Part shown: in pieces, positions 31,174 through 41,545 of the stretch
How the letters are laid out: each line of letters opens with the position of its first letter
Numbering within the stretch: the first letter of the stretch is position 1
From: Gammaproteobacteria bacterium
Lineage (GTDB): Bacteria > Pseudomonadota > Gammaproteobacteria > GCA-001735895
Assembly (NCBI GenBank): GCA_026989015.1
Contig: JALSKD010000179.1
Location: 42,662-106,661, forward strand
DNA length: 64,000 nt
Direction: 5' to 3'
Notes under the pieces: generated by a model
What the model saw: only the letters and a program-made list of their open reading frames with translations
Told to the model about the DNA's origin: nothing
Databases searched by the model: none
Program-made: the position numbers and the translations under genes

Positions 31174-31614
31174 ATGTCCACACCAGAAACACACCTGCGC
31201 TGCCCTCCGGCCGGATTGTTCAAGCAATTGCTGGCCATTTTTTATGACGGCCTGCTGATCATTGCGATTCTTTTTGCCGCAACCGCCATCCTGCTACCCT
31301 TCAACGGCGGCGAGGCGGTATCGGGACCGGCCTATACGGTCTACCTGCTGGGACTGATATTTTTCTATTATGGCTGGTTCTGGCACCGCGCGGGGCAAAC
31401 CCTGGGCATGAAGACCTGGAAGATCCGGATCATCAACGAATACGGGCAAAACCCGAGCTGGGGGGAGGCCCTGTTGCGCTGGCTGTTTGCCGTGCTGTCC
31501 GCAGCCTGTTTCGGTCTTGGGTATTTCTGGCGCCTGTTCACGCCCTGGACCTGGCACGATCGGCTCAGTCACACCCGCGTCATCGATGTATCGAAATGCG
31601 GTACCGAGTCGTGA
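31174..31614 (+). CDS. RDD family membrane protein
   Basis: LLAIFYDGL, GQTLGMKTWKIRI, WHDRLSHT; usual position after lptG. Confidence 0.88.
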   Translation: MSTPETHLRCPPAGLFKQLLAIFYDGLLIIAILFAATAILLPFNGGEAVSGPAYTVYLLGLIFFYYGWFWHRAGQTLGMKTWKIRIINEYGQNPSWGEALLRWLFAVLSAACFGLGYFWRLFTPWTWHDRLSHTRVIDVSKCGTES

Positions 31615-31620
31615 ATCGGT

Positions 31621-32691
31621 TCAGTGCAGCTGCTCACTGCGCCGCATCAACACCAGCATCAATGCCGCGAACAGCGCCGTCGGCAGCAGTGCATTGATGA
31701 ACGCCGGCAGACGCCACTGAAGCCCGAGCTGGATCAGCAATTTGTCGAGCATGACAAACACCAGTCCAAGCAGGATGCCGATCACCAGTCGCTGCCCCGC
31801 GTTACCCTGGCGCTGTGACCCACTGACGAAAGGCAACGCCAGCAGCGCCATGACCAGCAAGGTGACCGGCGCATAGAGCTTGCGCCAGAAGGCCAGCTTC
31901 TCCACCGACGCATCGATGCCATTGGCTTCGAGAAAATCGACATACCCCCTCAGGTCGAGCAGCGACATCTGCTCCGGATCGATGACCAGCGACGACAAAA
32001 GGTCCTCCGACAAGGCACCGCGGTAATGCCATTCATCGAACTGTCGCCGGATGACCCGTTCCTCACCGAACAGGCTCTGTTGCACCGATTTGAGCAACCA
32101 GCCCTGATCGCGAGGCAACGCGCTTGCGGCGATCAGCGACATGCGCAAGCGGTTCTGTCCATCGAATTCATGGATCTCCACCTGCCGCGCGCTGCCATCG
32201 GGAAACAAACGCCCGACAAAGATCACATGGTTGCCTTCCTTGACCCAGAGTCCTCGCCGGGACAGCAGACTGCTGCCTTGGCCAATGCTCGAGGATTTGA
32301 CTTCCCGGGCACGGGTTTCGCTCCACGGAGTCACGAAGTCGGATACCAGCATCGTCAGTACCGCCATCACCAGCGCCGCGAGCGCCACCGACCAGGCCAA
32401 CCGGCGCAGGGATGCGCCCGCCGCCTGCAGGGCGATCAGTTCACTGTTGGCGGCCAAGGCGCCCAAGCTGAGCATGCAGCCAATCAGGGTCGCCAGCGGC
32501 ATGAACTGGACGGCCGAGCCCGGAGCCCTCAACAGCAGGTATTCGACGAAACGCCATCCGGTGAAATCGCCCCGGCCCAGATTGTCGATCTGCTGCACCA
32601 GAGTGAAGAACAGGCTCAGACTGACCAGGGTCAGCAGTACCATCAGGGTACTGCGGTGTACATGACGGGCCAGATAACGATCGACGATCAT
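31621..32691 (-). CDS. lptG: LPS export ABC permease LptG
   Basis: MIVDRYLARH, LGALAANSELIALQAAG; start overlaps lptF stop. Confidence 0.92.
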   Translation of the reverse strand: MIVDRYLARHVHRSTLMVLLTLVSLSLFFTLVQQIDNLGRGDFTGWRFVEYLLLRAPGSAVQFMPLATLIGCMLSLGALAANSELIALQAAGASLRRLAWSVALAALVMAVLTMLVSDFVTPWSETRAREVKSSSIGQGSSLLSRRGLWVKEGNHVIFVGRLFPDGSARQVEIHEFDGQNRLRMSLIAASALPRDQGWLLKSVQQSLFGEERVIRRQFDEWHYRGALSEDLLSSLVIDPEQMSLLDLRGYVDFLEANGIDASVEKLAFWRKLYAPVTLLVMALLALPFVSGSQRQGNAGQRLVIGILLGLVFVMLDKLLIQLGLQWRLPAFINALLPTALFAALMLVLMRRSEQLH

Positions 32692-33776
32692 GCCCTGCCC
32701 CGCACACGCCACAGGGGTCCGATGCGCCGTCCCAGCAGCCACAATGCAAAGACCACAAACAGGACATGCACCCACCAGTAATTGAGCCAAAGCGGAAGCC
32801 GCCCGGTCTCCAGGGCGCTGCGGCTCAATCCCAGCAGATTCAGGTAGACGATGAAACTGAAGACCGCAAGACCCACCTTGCCATAGCGCCCCTGACGCGG
32901 GGAAATCCAGGACAGCGGCGTGGCCAGAAAGGCCAGCACCAGCAGCGTCAGAGGCAGGGTGATGCGCCACCAGAATTCCGCCTGATCCTCACGACGATTC
33001 GAGGACAAGAGGCTGCGGGCGGGCTTTTCATCCACATACAGCCCGCGCTTGCGCTGTTTCTTCTTCTTCAACAGGATTCCGTGACGCTCATAGCCGATGA
33101 TACGGTAGTCCTGCTGCCCAGGGCGCCCCTCATAGCGCCTCCCCTGACCCAGTTCCATGAACACATCACCACTCTTGGGGTCAATGCGGGTGGAACCCTC
33201 CCGAGCGACTTCCATCGACTCCCGGCCCGTCCGGCGGTCGGCCACGATCACGCCTTCGATGCGCCGCCCATCGGCCGACAGGTTCTGCATGTAGAACACC
33301 AGGTTGCCGCCCTCCAGGCTGTTGAAATGCCCCGGCCGCAGCTGGGCAAACTGATTGACATCCCGGTTCAGATCGATCATTCCCTTGGCGTACTGCAACG
33401 CCGCCGGCCCCGCCCACAGGCTGATCAGCGCCGTCAGCGCCGAGGCCGGAACGGCCACCGTCATCACTGCACGGTAGAGTCCGTCATAACCGAAGCCACA
33501 GGCCTGCAACGCGACCAGTTCATGATCCTTGTACAGTCGTCCGAAGGCGAACACCACGCCAAGAAACAGGCCCAGCGGCAACAGCATCGACAACAGCGAA
33601 ACCGCCTGGCCGATCAGTGCCGGCCACAGCGCCGCCCGCGGCAGGTCACCGCCCGCGATGTCCGACAGCAGACTGCCCAGGGTGTTGCTCATCAGAATGA
33701 CGAACAGCACCAGTGTGGTGGCTGACGCGCTGCGCAGGATTTCGCGCACCAGATAGCGCTGTACGATGGAAGTCAT
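32688..33776 (-). CDS. lptF: LPS export ABC permease LptF
   Basis: RYLVREI, GRLYKDHELVALQACG, PRQGRY; divergent from pepA. Confidence 0.92.
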   Translation of the reverse strand: MTSIVQRYLVREILRSASATTLVLFVILMSNTLGSLLSDIAGGDLPRAALWPALIGQAVSLLSMLLPLGLFLGVVFAFGRLYKDHELVALQACGFGYDGLYRAVMTVAVPASALTALISLWAGPAALQYAKGMIDLNRDVNQFAQLRPGHFNSLEGGNLVFYMQNLSADGRRIEGVIVADRRTGRESMEVAREGSTRIDPKSGDVFMELGQGRRYEGRPGQQDYRIIGYERHGILLKKKKQRKRGLYVDEKPARSLLSSNRREDQAEFWWRITLPLTLLVLAFLATPLSWISPRQGRYGKVGLAVFSFIVYLNLLGLSRSALETGRLPLWLNYWWVHVLFVVFALWLLGRRIGPLWRVRGRA

Positions 33777-33866
33777 GACCGCATTGTATGCAATTTCCGC
33801 CCCGACGACAGAACGCTGGTTGTTTTTTGAGACTTATCGTATCTTATGCACTTGTCTACAGGATTC

Positions 33867-33961
33867 CACGCGGTCTGCCACAGAGGGCGGTGCCGTTCAC
33901 CCACCCCAGCCGTGAAGCCCTGTTGCCGAAGCCTCTCTTCGAGGCCTGGGCAACAGGGCTT
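33867..33961 (+). promoter_or_regulatory. Structured pepA leader (candidate cis-regulatory RNA)
   Basis: 13-bp perfect stem AAGCCCTGTTGCC/GGCAACAGGGCTT with inner GCCTC/GAGGC stem, preceded by an imperfect branched stem. Confidence 0.4.
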
Positions 33962-33996
33962 TCGGTTGAAACGATACCCAGAGAGAATCAACCACC

Positions 33997-35493
33997 ATGG
34001 AATTCAGCGTAAAGAGCGGAAACCCCGAAAAACAGCGCACAGCCTGTCTGATCATCGGCGTCTCGCAACCGCGCAAGCTGTCACGCGCCGGCAAGCAGAT
34101 CGACCAGCTCAGCGGCGGTCAGCTGTCCACCATCATCCGCCGCGGCGACATGGACGGCAAACTTGGCCAGACCCTGGTACTGCACCATGTCCCCGGCTGC
34201 CTGGCCGACCGGCTGATGCTGGTCGGTCTCGGTAAGGACAAGGACATGAACGAACGCAATTTCCAGAAGGTGCTGGATGCGGTCTACGAAGCCCAGTCGA
34301 ACATCGGCGCCATGGAAGCCTATTCCTACCTGACCGACACCCATGTCAAGGGTCGCGACCTGGGCTGGAAAATCCGCCAGACGGTCATGTCGATGGAGAA
34401 AAACCGTTACCATTTCGACCGTCTCAAGAGCAAAAAGGAAGATCCCCCCAAGTCCCTGCGCAAGCTGGTGATGAATGTGCCCAGCCGCCGCGATCTGGGC
34501 GCCGGCGAACGCGCCATCAAGCAGGGACTGGCAATCAGTTCCGGCGTCAACCTGGCGCGCGACCTCGGCAATCTGCCCGGCAACATCTGCACCCCCGGTT
34601 ATCTGGCGGATGAAGCGACGCGCCTGCAGAAAACCTTCCCGACCATCGTCACCGATGTGCTCGAGGAAAAGGACATGAAAAAACTGGGCATGGGCGCGCT
34701 CTTGTCGGTGGCCGCCGGCAGCGAACAGCCTGCAAAGCTGATCACCATGGAGTACCACGGCGGCGATTCCACCGACAAGCCGATCGTGCTGGTCGGCAAG
34801 GGCGTCACCTTCGACTCCGGCGGCATATCCATCAAGCCCGGCCAGGCGATGGACGAGATGAAGTTCGACATGTGTGGCGCCGCCTCGGTATTCGGTGTAC
34901 TCAGCGCGGTGGCCGACATGCAGTTGCCGATCAATGTGGTCGGCATCGTGCCTGCCACCGAGAACCTGCCGGACGGCAAGGCCACCAAGCCGGGCGACAT
35001 CGTCACCAGCCTGTCCGGCCAGACCATTGAAATCCTCAATACCGATGCCGAAGGCCGCCTGATTCTCTGTGATGCCCTCAGCTATGCCGAAAAGTTCGAT
35101 CCGGATGTGGTGATCGATATCGCCACCCTCACCGGCGCCTGCATCGTCGCCCTCGGCCGCAACCCCTCCGCGGTGCTCGGCAACCACAGCCCGCTGGTCA
35201 ACGACCTGATCGGCGCCGGCCGCAAGATCGACGACAAGGTCTGGGAACTGCCGCTATGGGACGAGTACCAGGATCAGCTGAAAAGCAATTTTGCCGACAT
35301 GGCCAACATCGGCGGACGCGAGGCCGGCACCATCACCGCCGCCTGTTTCCTGTCGCGCTTCACCAAAAAATACAAGTGGGCGCACCTGGACATTGCCGGC
35401 ACCGCCTGGATCTCGGGTGACAACAAGGGGGCCACCGGGCGTCCCGTCCCCCTGCTGATGCAGTACATTTTCGACCGCATCGAGGAGCGATGA
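33997..35493 (+). CDS. pepA: Leucyl aminopeptidase (M17)
   Basis: VGKGVTFDSGG, MKFDMCG, NTDAEGRL, HLDIAG. Confidence 0.97.
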   Translation: MEFSVKSGNPEKQRTACLIIGVSQPRKLSRAGKQIDQLSGGQLSTIIRRGDMDGKLGQTLVLHHVPGCLADRLMLVGLGKDKDMNERNFQKVLDAVYEAQSNIGAMEAYSYLTDTHVKGRDLGWKIRQTVMSMEKNRYHFDRLKSKKEDPPKSLRKLVMNVPSRRDLGAGERAIKQGLAISSGVNLARDLGNLPGNICTPGYLADEATRLQKTFPTIVTDVLEEKDMKKLGMGALLSVAAGSEQPAKLITMEYHGGDSTDKPIVLVGKGVTFDSGGISIKPGQAMDEMKFDMCGAASVFGVLSAVADMQLPINVVGIVPATENLPDGKATKPGDIVTSLSGQTIEILNTDAEGRLILCDALSYAEKFDPDVVIDIATLTGACIVALGRNPSAVLGNHSPLVNDLIGAGRKIDDKVWELPLWDEYQDQLKSNFADMANIGGREAGTITAACFLSRFTKKYKWAHLDIAGTAWISGDNKGATGRPVPLLMQYIFDRIEER

Positions 35494-35903
35494 CGCGCAT
35501 CGACTTCTACCAGCTCAACCCGGCCGGCCCGGATGCCGGCCAGGTGGTCTGTGCCCTGTGCCAGAAAGCCTGGGACGCCGGTCAGAAGGTGCTGCTGCTG
35601 ACCGCCGACGAACAGCAGAGCGCCGAACTCGACGAACTGCTGTGGACCTGGCGCGACGACAGCTTCCTGCCCCACGACCGCGAGGAACAGGACGGACTGA
35701 TCACCCCGATTCTGGTGACTCACCAAGCCGACCCCCGCGGCGAACGCCAGTGCCTGATCAACCTCAGCAACGGGATACCCCAGTGGTTTGCCCAGTTCGA
35801 CCGGGTGCTGGAACTCGTTCACGAGGACAACAAAACCCTTGCACGAAAGCACTATGCCTTCTATAAAGAACGCGGATACCCGCTGAATCACATCAAGCTA
35901 TGA
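35490..35903 (+). CDS. holC: DNA polymerase III chi subunit
   Basis: IDFYQL, LDELLW..SFLPH, ARKHYAFYKERGY; pepA-holC-valS synteny. Confidence 0.92.
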   Translation: MTRIDFYQLNPAGPDAGQVVCALCQKAWDAGQKVLLLTADEQQSAELDELLWTWRDDSFLPHDREEQDGLITPILVTHQADPRGERQCLINLSNGIPQWFAQFDRVLELVHEDNKTLARKHYAFYKERGYPLNHIKL

Positions 35904-36265
35904 GCCAGGACGACGACATCCCCGTCCTCACGGACCTGATCCGAGACGGACGCGAACCGGAGACCCCCGGGCCGGATGTCGATCTGATCGCCGATGAGGA
36001 CATCGATCAGGAAGACCTGACCATCGACCTCGCCACCCATCAGCCGCTGGGCGCCGAACCGCCGGCTCCCGACATCGAAACAGCCCCTCCCCTGCCCGAC
36101 GCCCTCGACGACCGGGGCGAACTGGGTGACACGCTCGACGAAACCGCCGAGGAAAGCAGCATCCGCGAACTGATCGTCGAGGAGGAAATCCGCCTGATCC
36201 TCGACAAGCACATGGAAGCCGCCTACGAAGAGATCCTGCAGCTGATCCACCGCAAGATTCGCTGA
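35900..36265 (+). CDS. Acidic hypothetical protein (DDDIPVLTD N-terminus)
   Basis: Coupled to holC (ATGA); low-complexity acidic middle, C-terminal amphipathic helix. Confidence 0.7.
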   Translation: MSQDDDIPVLTDLIRDGREPETPGPDVDLIADEDIDQEDLTIDLATHQPLGAEPPAPDIETAPPLPDALDDRGELGDTLDETAEESSIRELIVEEEIRLILDKHMEAAYEEILQLIHRKIR

Positions 36266-36350
36266 GCGCTTCGCCACCCCCGCCAGACCTGCCCAAGGCC
36301 CTGCTTGCACGGTATAATCCGCCCTTTTCCGCCCTATCCGACGCGAGCCC

Positions 36351-39173
36351 ATGCACAAGACCTACGATCCGCATTCCATCGAACAGCCCTGGTACCGACG
36401 CTGGGAAGAAAACGGCTACTTCGCTCCCCGCGGCGACAGCGACCGCAGTTATTGCATCATGATCCCGCCGCCGAATGTTACCGGCAGCCTGCACATGGGC
36501 CATGGCTTCAACAATGCGATCATGGACACGCTGATCCGCTACCACCGCATGAAGGGCTACAACACCCTGTGGCAACCGGGCACCGACCATGCCGGCATCG
36601 CCACGCAGATGGTGGTGGAACGCCAGCTGGAGGCGGAAGGACTGACCCGCCATGACCTGGGCCGCGAACAATTCATCGAGCGAATCTGGAAATGGAAGGA
36701 AGAATCCGGCGGCACCATCACCCGACAGTTGCGCCGCCTCGGCTCCTCGCTGGACTGGGAGCACGAACGCTTCACCATGGACGAAGGCCTGTCCGAAGCG
36801 GTCAAGGAAGCCTTCGTCAAACTCTATGAGGAAGGCCTGATCTACCGCGGCAAGCGCCTGGTCAACTGGGACCCCAAGTTCCACACAGCGGTCTCCGATC
36901 TCGAAGTCATTCCCAGTGACGAACAGGGATCCATGTGGCACATTCGCTATCCGCTGGCAAATCAGGACGGCCACCTCATTGTCGCCACCACCCGTCCCGA
37001 AACCCTGCTCGGCGACTGCGCGGTCGCCGTCGCCCCCGGCGATGAACGCTACGCCCATCTGGTCGGGCAAAGCGTGGAGCTGCCTCTCACCGGCCGCCAG
37101 ATTCCGATCATCGTCGATGAACACGTGGACCCGGAATTCGGCACCGGCTGCGTCAAGATCACCCCGGCACACGATTTCAACGACTACGAGGTCTGGCAGC
37201 GCCACAACGAGGAAACACCCATCCTCGAACAGCCCCATGGCGGGCTGATCAACATCTTCACCGTCGATGCCTCGATCCGTGACAACGAAGAAGCTGAAGG
37301 CCAACTCATCCCTCCGGCCTACATCGGGCTGGACCGCTTCGAAGCGCGCAAGCGCATCGTTGCCGATCTCGACGCCCAGGGACTGCTGGAAAAGGTCGAG
37401 GACCATGCGCTCACCGTTCCCCGCGGCGACCGCTCCGGTGTCGTTATCGAGCCCTTTCTCACCGACCAGTGGTATGTCAAGACCGGTCCGCTGGCAAAAC
37501 CGGCCATCGACGCCGTGGAGAGCGGGCGCATCCGCTTCATACCCGACAACGAGAAGAACAGCTACTTCGAATGGATGTACAACATCCAGGACTGGTGCAT
37601 CAGCCGCCAGATCTGGTGGGGGCACCGCATCCCCGCGTGGTATGACGAGGAAGGCAATGTCTATGTCGGGCGCAGCGAGCAGGAAGTGCGCGAGCAACAC
37701 GGGCTTGGCAACGACGTCAGCCTGCGCCAGGACGAGGATGTGCTGGATACCTGGTTCTCCTCCGCGCTCTGGCCCTTTTCCACACTGGGCTGGCCGCAGC
37801 AGACCGAGCGCCTGAGCACCTTCTACCCGACCCAGGTGCTGGTCACCGGCTTCGATATCGTCTTCTTCTGGGTGGCGCGGATGATCATGTTCGGCCTCAA
37901 ATTCATGGACGATCAGGTCCCCTTCGAGGAGGTCTATGTACACGGCCTGGTGCGCGACTCCCACGGTCAAAAGATGTCCAAATCCAAGGGCAATGTGCTG
38001 GACCCGATCGATCTGATCGATGGCATCGATCTCGAAAGCCTGGTGAAGAAACGCACCAGCGGCATGATGCAGCCGCAGATGGCCAAAAAAATCGAAAAGC
38101 AGACCCGTGAGGAGTTCCCCGACGGCATCCAGAGCTATGGCGCCGATGCCCTGCGCTTCACCTTTACCTCTCTGGCCTCGACCGGCCGCGACGTCAAGTT
38201 CGACATGGGGCGCATCGAGGGCTACCGCAACTTCTGCAACAAGATCTGGAACGCCACCCGCTTTGTATTGCAGAACACCGAGGGCGAGGACACCGGACTC
38301 GGCAGCGAGCCGGTCGAACTGTCGCTGGCCGACCGATGGATCACCTCGCGACTGCAACAGGTGGCCGGCGAGGTGGCACGTCAGCTCGACAACTACCGCT
38401 TCGACCTGGCGTCCCGCGAACTCTACGAATTCATCTGGAACGATTACTGCGACTGGTACATCGAGCTGTCCAAGCCGGTGCTCTATTCGGAGCAGGCCAG
38501 CGACGCACAGAAGCGAGGCACGCGACGCACGCTGGTACGGGTGCTGGAGAGCTGGCTGCGCCTGCTGCATCCGATCATGCCCTTCATCACCGAAGAATTG
38601 TGGCAGCGTGTCGCGCCTCTGGCCGGTGCCGAGGGTGAAACCGTCATGCTGCAGCCCTACCCCGAACCGGACACTGCGCTGATCGACAATGCGGCCATCG
38701 GCGAACTGGAATGGGTCAAGCACTTCATCATGGGCGTGCGCCAGATCCGTTCCGAAATGAACATCAAGCCCGGGCAACCGCTACCGGTACTGCTGCAGAA
38801 CGGCTCGGCACAGGACCGCGAACGGCTCGACGCCAACCGCGGCTTCCTCGAATCACTGGCACGACTCGAATCCATCAGCTGGCTGGAGCCGGACAGCGAG
38901 GCACCGGAGGCAGCCATTGCCCTGGTCGGCGACATGAAACTGCTGATTCCGCTCTCCGGACTGATCGACAAGGAAGCCGAGCTGGCGCGACTGGAAAAGA
39001 ACATCCAGCGGCTGCGCGACGAGGTGCTGCGCATCGCGAAAAAACTCGACAACCCCAACTTCGTCGAGCGCGCACCGGAAGCGGTGGTCGCCAAGGAGCG
39101 GGACAAGCTGGTCGAAGCCGAATCCGCACTGGCCAGTCTCGAGGCGCAGGCCGCGCGCATCCGCGCGCTGTAA
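36351..39173 (+). CDS. valS: Valine--tRNA ligase
   Basis: [26 protein letters not shown]-terminal coiled coil. Confidence 0.98.
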   Translation: MHKTYDPHSIEQPWYRRWEENGYFAPRGDSDRSYCIMIPPPNVTGSLHMGHGFNNAIMDTLIRYHRMKGYNTLWQPGTDHAGIATQMVVERQLEAEGLTRHDLGREQFIERIWKWKEESGGTITRQLRRLGSSLDWEHERFTMDEGLSEAVKEAFVKLYEEGLIYRGKRLVNWDPKFHTAVSDLEVIPSDEQGSMWHIRYPLANQDGHLIVATTRPETLLGDCAVAVAPGDERYAHLVGQSVELPLTGRQIPIIVDEHVDPEFGTGCVKITPAHDFNDYEVWQRHNEETPILEQPHGGLINIFTVDASIRDNEEAEGQLIPPAYIGLDRFEARKRIVADLDAQGLLEKVEDHALTVPRGDRSGVVIEPFLTDQWYVKTGPLAKPAIDAVESGRIRFIPDNEKNSYFEWMYNIQDWCISRQIWWGHRIPAWYDEEGNVYVGRSEQEVREQHGLGNDVSLRQDEDVLDTWFSSALWPFSTLGWPQQTERLSTFYPTQVLVTGFDIVFFWVARMIMFGLKFMDDQVPFEEVYVHGLVRDSHGQKMSKSKGNVLDPIDLIDGIDLESLVKKRTSGMMQPQMAKKIEKQTREEFPDGIQSYGADALRFTFTSLASTGRDVKFDMGRIEGYRNFCNKIWNATRFVLQNTEGEDTGLGSEPVELSLADRWITSRLQQVAGEVARQLDNYRFDLASRELYEFIWNDYCDWYIELSKPVLYSEQASDAQKRGTRRTLVRVLESWLRLLHPIMPFITEELWQRVAPLAGAEGETVMLQPYPEPDTALIDNAAIGELEWVKHFIMGVRQIRSEMNIKPGQPLPVLLQNGSAQDRERLDANRGFLESLARLESISWLEPDSEAPEAAIALVGDMKLLIPLSGLIDKEAELARLEKNIQRLRDEVLRIAKKLDNPNFVERAPEAVVAKERDKLVEAESALASLEAQAARIRAL

Positions 39174-39177
39174 GACC

Positions 39178-39723
39178 ATGATCGAGCGCGAGGAGCAGAT
39201 CCGCCAGGCCCACGCCGGCATGATCGTGCAGATCGTCCGGCGCATTCACGACCCGCAGCTGGCCGAACCCACCGAGGCGCTGCTGCAGCAGGCCGAACAG
39301 AACGGCTGGCAGCACATCGTGGCAGTGATGCGCCGCATCATCGCCGGCGAGCGCGGCGAGGACCTGCTGCAGGGGCTGGACGAGGAAGACAGCGTCATCG
39401 CCCGCGCCATACTCGAAGGCCTGCGCGACCCTTCCAGCCTGCCCGACCCGGATCGTCCGCCCGATGCCAGTCTGGCCGCCCCCGGTCTGGCACAGATGAT
39501 CCACGAAGCCGCGCGCGGCAATGCCCAAGCCCTGCAGTTGCTCGGCCAGATGGCCGAGCAGATGACCGCCGCCGGCGGCGACATGCGCCTGCTCGGCGGG
39601 ATTCTGCGCCGCTTGATCGATGGCGAACGCGATCCGGCGCGCCTGGCCCGCGGCATGGGCGTGCAGGGCCGCCAGCTGGTCGATGGCATCCTTGAGGAAC
39701 TGCACCGGCTGGCCGGTCACTGA
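39178..39723 (+). CDS. Hypothetical helical protein with internal duplication
   Basis: RRIIAGER..AILEGL in first half and RRLIDGER..GILEEL in second half; coupled to srkA. Confidence 0.75.
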   Translation: MIEREEQIRQAHAGMIVQIVRRIHDPQLAEPTEALLQQAEQNGWQHIVAVMRRIIAGERGEDLLQGLDEEDSVIARAILEGLRDPSSLPDPDRPPDASLAAPGLAQMIHEAARGNAQALQLLGQMAEQMTAAGGDMRLLGGILRRLIDGERDPARLARGMGVQGRQLVDGILEELHRLAGH

Positions 39724-40736
39724 TGGACGCTCACGCAGCGGACCACAGCGATCCATCCACAGGCTCCCACCCGTTTGCCGCGCTCACGCCCGATTTCATC
39801 ATGGATGCGGTCGAGTCCCTCGGCTGGCGGTGTGACGGACGCATCCTCGCACTCAACTCCTACGAAAACCGTGTCTATCAGGTCGGCATCGAAGACGGCG
39901 AGCCGCTGATCGCCAAGTTCTACCGCCCCGGCCGCTGGAGCGATGCACACATTCTTGAGGAACATGCCTTCTGTTTCGAGCTGGCGGAGCAGGAGCTGCC
40001 CGTGGTGCCGCCACTGCGCGATGGCGAGGGGCAGAGTCTGCATCCGTTTCGCGGCCAGCGCCTCAGCCTGTTCGAACGCAAGGGCGGGCATGCACCGGAA
40101 ATCGATCACGGCGACAACCTGTCCGTGATCGGCCGTTTTCTCGCCCGCATCCACCGCGTCGGTGAACGGCAGCCCTACCGCCACCGGCCGGGCATCACCC
40201 TGCAGACCCACGCCATCGACAGCGTCGAGCGCATCAGCAACGGCTTCATGCCGGCGGAGCTGATGCCCGCCTACAGCAGCCTGACGCGGGATCTGCTCGA
40301 TCTGCTGCAGCAACGCATCGACGATTCGGGATCCCCTCGCCTGTTGCGCGTGCACGGTGATTGCCACGCCGGAAACATGCTGTGGCGCGACGACCGCCCT
40401 CATTTCGTCGATTTCGACGACAGCCGTCAGGCGCCGGCGATCCAGGACCTGTGGATGCTGCTTTCCGGCGACCGTGATCGGCAGCAACAGCAGTTGTCAC
40501 AGCTGATCGAGGCCTATGAGCAATTCCGTGATTTCGATTACGGCGAACTGCAGCTGATTGAGGTATTCCGCAGCCTGCGCATTCTGCACTACAGTGCCTG
40601 GCTGGCCCGGCGCTGGGACGACCCGGCCTTTCCGCGCAGCTTTCCATGGTTCAATACCCAACGCTACTGGGAAGAGCACATCCTCGAACTGCGCGAACAG
40701 TTCGCCGCGCTGCAGGAACCGCCACTCTGTCCCTGA
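39723..40736 (+). CDS. srkA: Ser/Thr protein kinase SrkA/RdoA (APH-like)
   Basis: LNSYENRVY, KFYRPGRWS, HGDCHAGN, DFDD, WDDPAFP. Confidence 0.93.
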   Translation: MDAHAADHSDPSTGSHPFAALTPDFIMDAVESLGWRCDGRILALNSYENRVYQVGIEDGEPLIAKFYRPGRWSDAHILEEHAFCFELAEQELPVVPPLRDGEGQSLHPFRGQRLSLFERKGGHAPEIDHGDNLSVIGRFLARIHRVGERQPYRHRPGITLQTHAIDSVERISNGFMPAELMPAYSSLTRDLLDLLQQRIDDSGSPRLLRVHGDCHAGNMLWRDDRPHFVDFDDSRQAPAIQDLWMLLSGDRDRQQQQLSQLIEAYEQFRDFDYGELQLIEVFRSLRILHYSAWLARRWDDPAFPRSFPWFNTQRYWEEHILELREQFAALQEPPLCP

Positions 40737-41011
40737 TGGAATGGCGGGTCTACATCCTGCGCTGTGCCGATGGCAGTCTGTATACCGGCATCACCACCGA
40801 TCTCGAACGACGGTTGCGGGAACACAATGGCGAACTGCCCGGAGGGGCGCGCTATACGCGCGGCCGGCGGCCGGTACGCCTGCTGTGGAGACGCAGCGCC
40901 AGTAACCGCAGCGAGGCGTGCCAGCTCGAATCCCGGATCAAGCGGATGACACGCACTCAGAAACTGGACCTGATCCGCAGGCCCGGGAACGCTGGAAAAT
41001 CGCAAAGATAA
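40736..41011 (+). CDS. GIY-YIG nuclease family protein (YhbQ/YazA-like)
   Basis: VYILRCADGSLYTGITTDLERRLREHN, GARYTRGRRP. Confidence 0.9.
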   Translation: MEWRVYILRCADGSLYTGITTDLERRLREHNGELPGGARYTRGRRPVRLLWRRSASNRSEACQLESRIKRMTRTQKLDLIRRPGNAGKSQR

Positions 41012-41089
41012 CAATTCCATAAACTCGACGAACCATCGGCCCCGGTGGCTTTCAAACGGCACGACACACACACAACAACAGGAGCCGCC

Positions 41090-41545
41090 ATGTCCATCGC
41101 CAACACCGTTACTTCCATCAACCGTCTGCTGGACGGCTTGCGTTCGCCACTGCTGCTGGGCTTTCGCATCTACATCTTCACCGTCTTCTTCAACTCGGGC
41201 TGGCAGAAGATCAGCAACTGGGAAACCACGCTGTACCTGTTCGAATACGAATATTCGGTCCCCTTCCTGCCCTGGGAACTGGCCGCCTGGATGGGCACGG
41301 CCGGAGAACTGATTTTGCCCTGGTTCATACTCACGGGACTGGCGACACGCTATTCGGCCGTTGCGCTGTCGGTGCTCAATGCCACCGCGGTTTATGCCTA
41401 CTACGACGCTCTGGCCAAGGTAGGCCAGGTGATCGCCCATGAGTTCTGGGGTTCGCTGCTGCTGGTACTGATCGCCTTTGGTGCCGGATTCTTTTCCATC
41501 GACCGCTGGCTGGAAACCCGTTACCGTGATCAGGGAATGCGGTAG
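41090..41545 (+). CDS. DoxX family membrane protein
   Basis: FFNSGWQK, LFEYEYSVP, GLATR, GAGFFSID; AGGAG RBS. Confidence 0.88.
   Translation: MSIANTVTSINRLLDGLRSPLLLGFRIYIFTVFFNSGWQKISNWETTLYLFEYEYSVPFLPWELAAWMGTAGELILPWFILTGLATRYSAVALSVLNATAVYAYYDALAKVGQVIAHEFWGSLLLVLIAFGAGFFSIDRWLETRYRDQGMR

Noticed and set aside
35928-38777. 949-aa minus-strand ORF (and similar long antisense ORFs over pilS, pilB, secA and the dcw genes)
   Set aside because: Shadows of well-supported genes, with no recognisable motifs
40736-41011. GIY-YIG gene as a homing endonuclease or defence nuclease
   Set aside because: A small stand-alone YhbQ/YazA-type housekeeping protein with no intron or defence context
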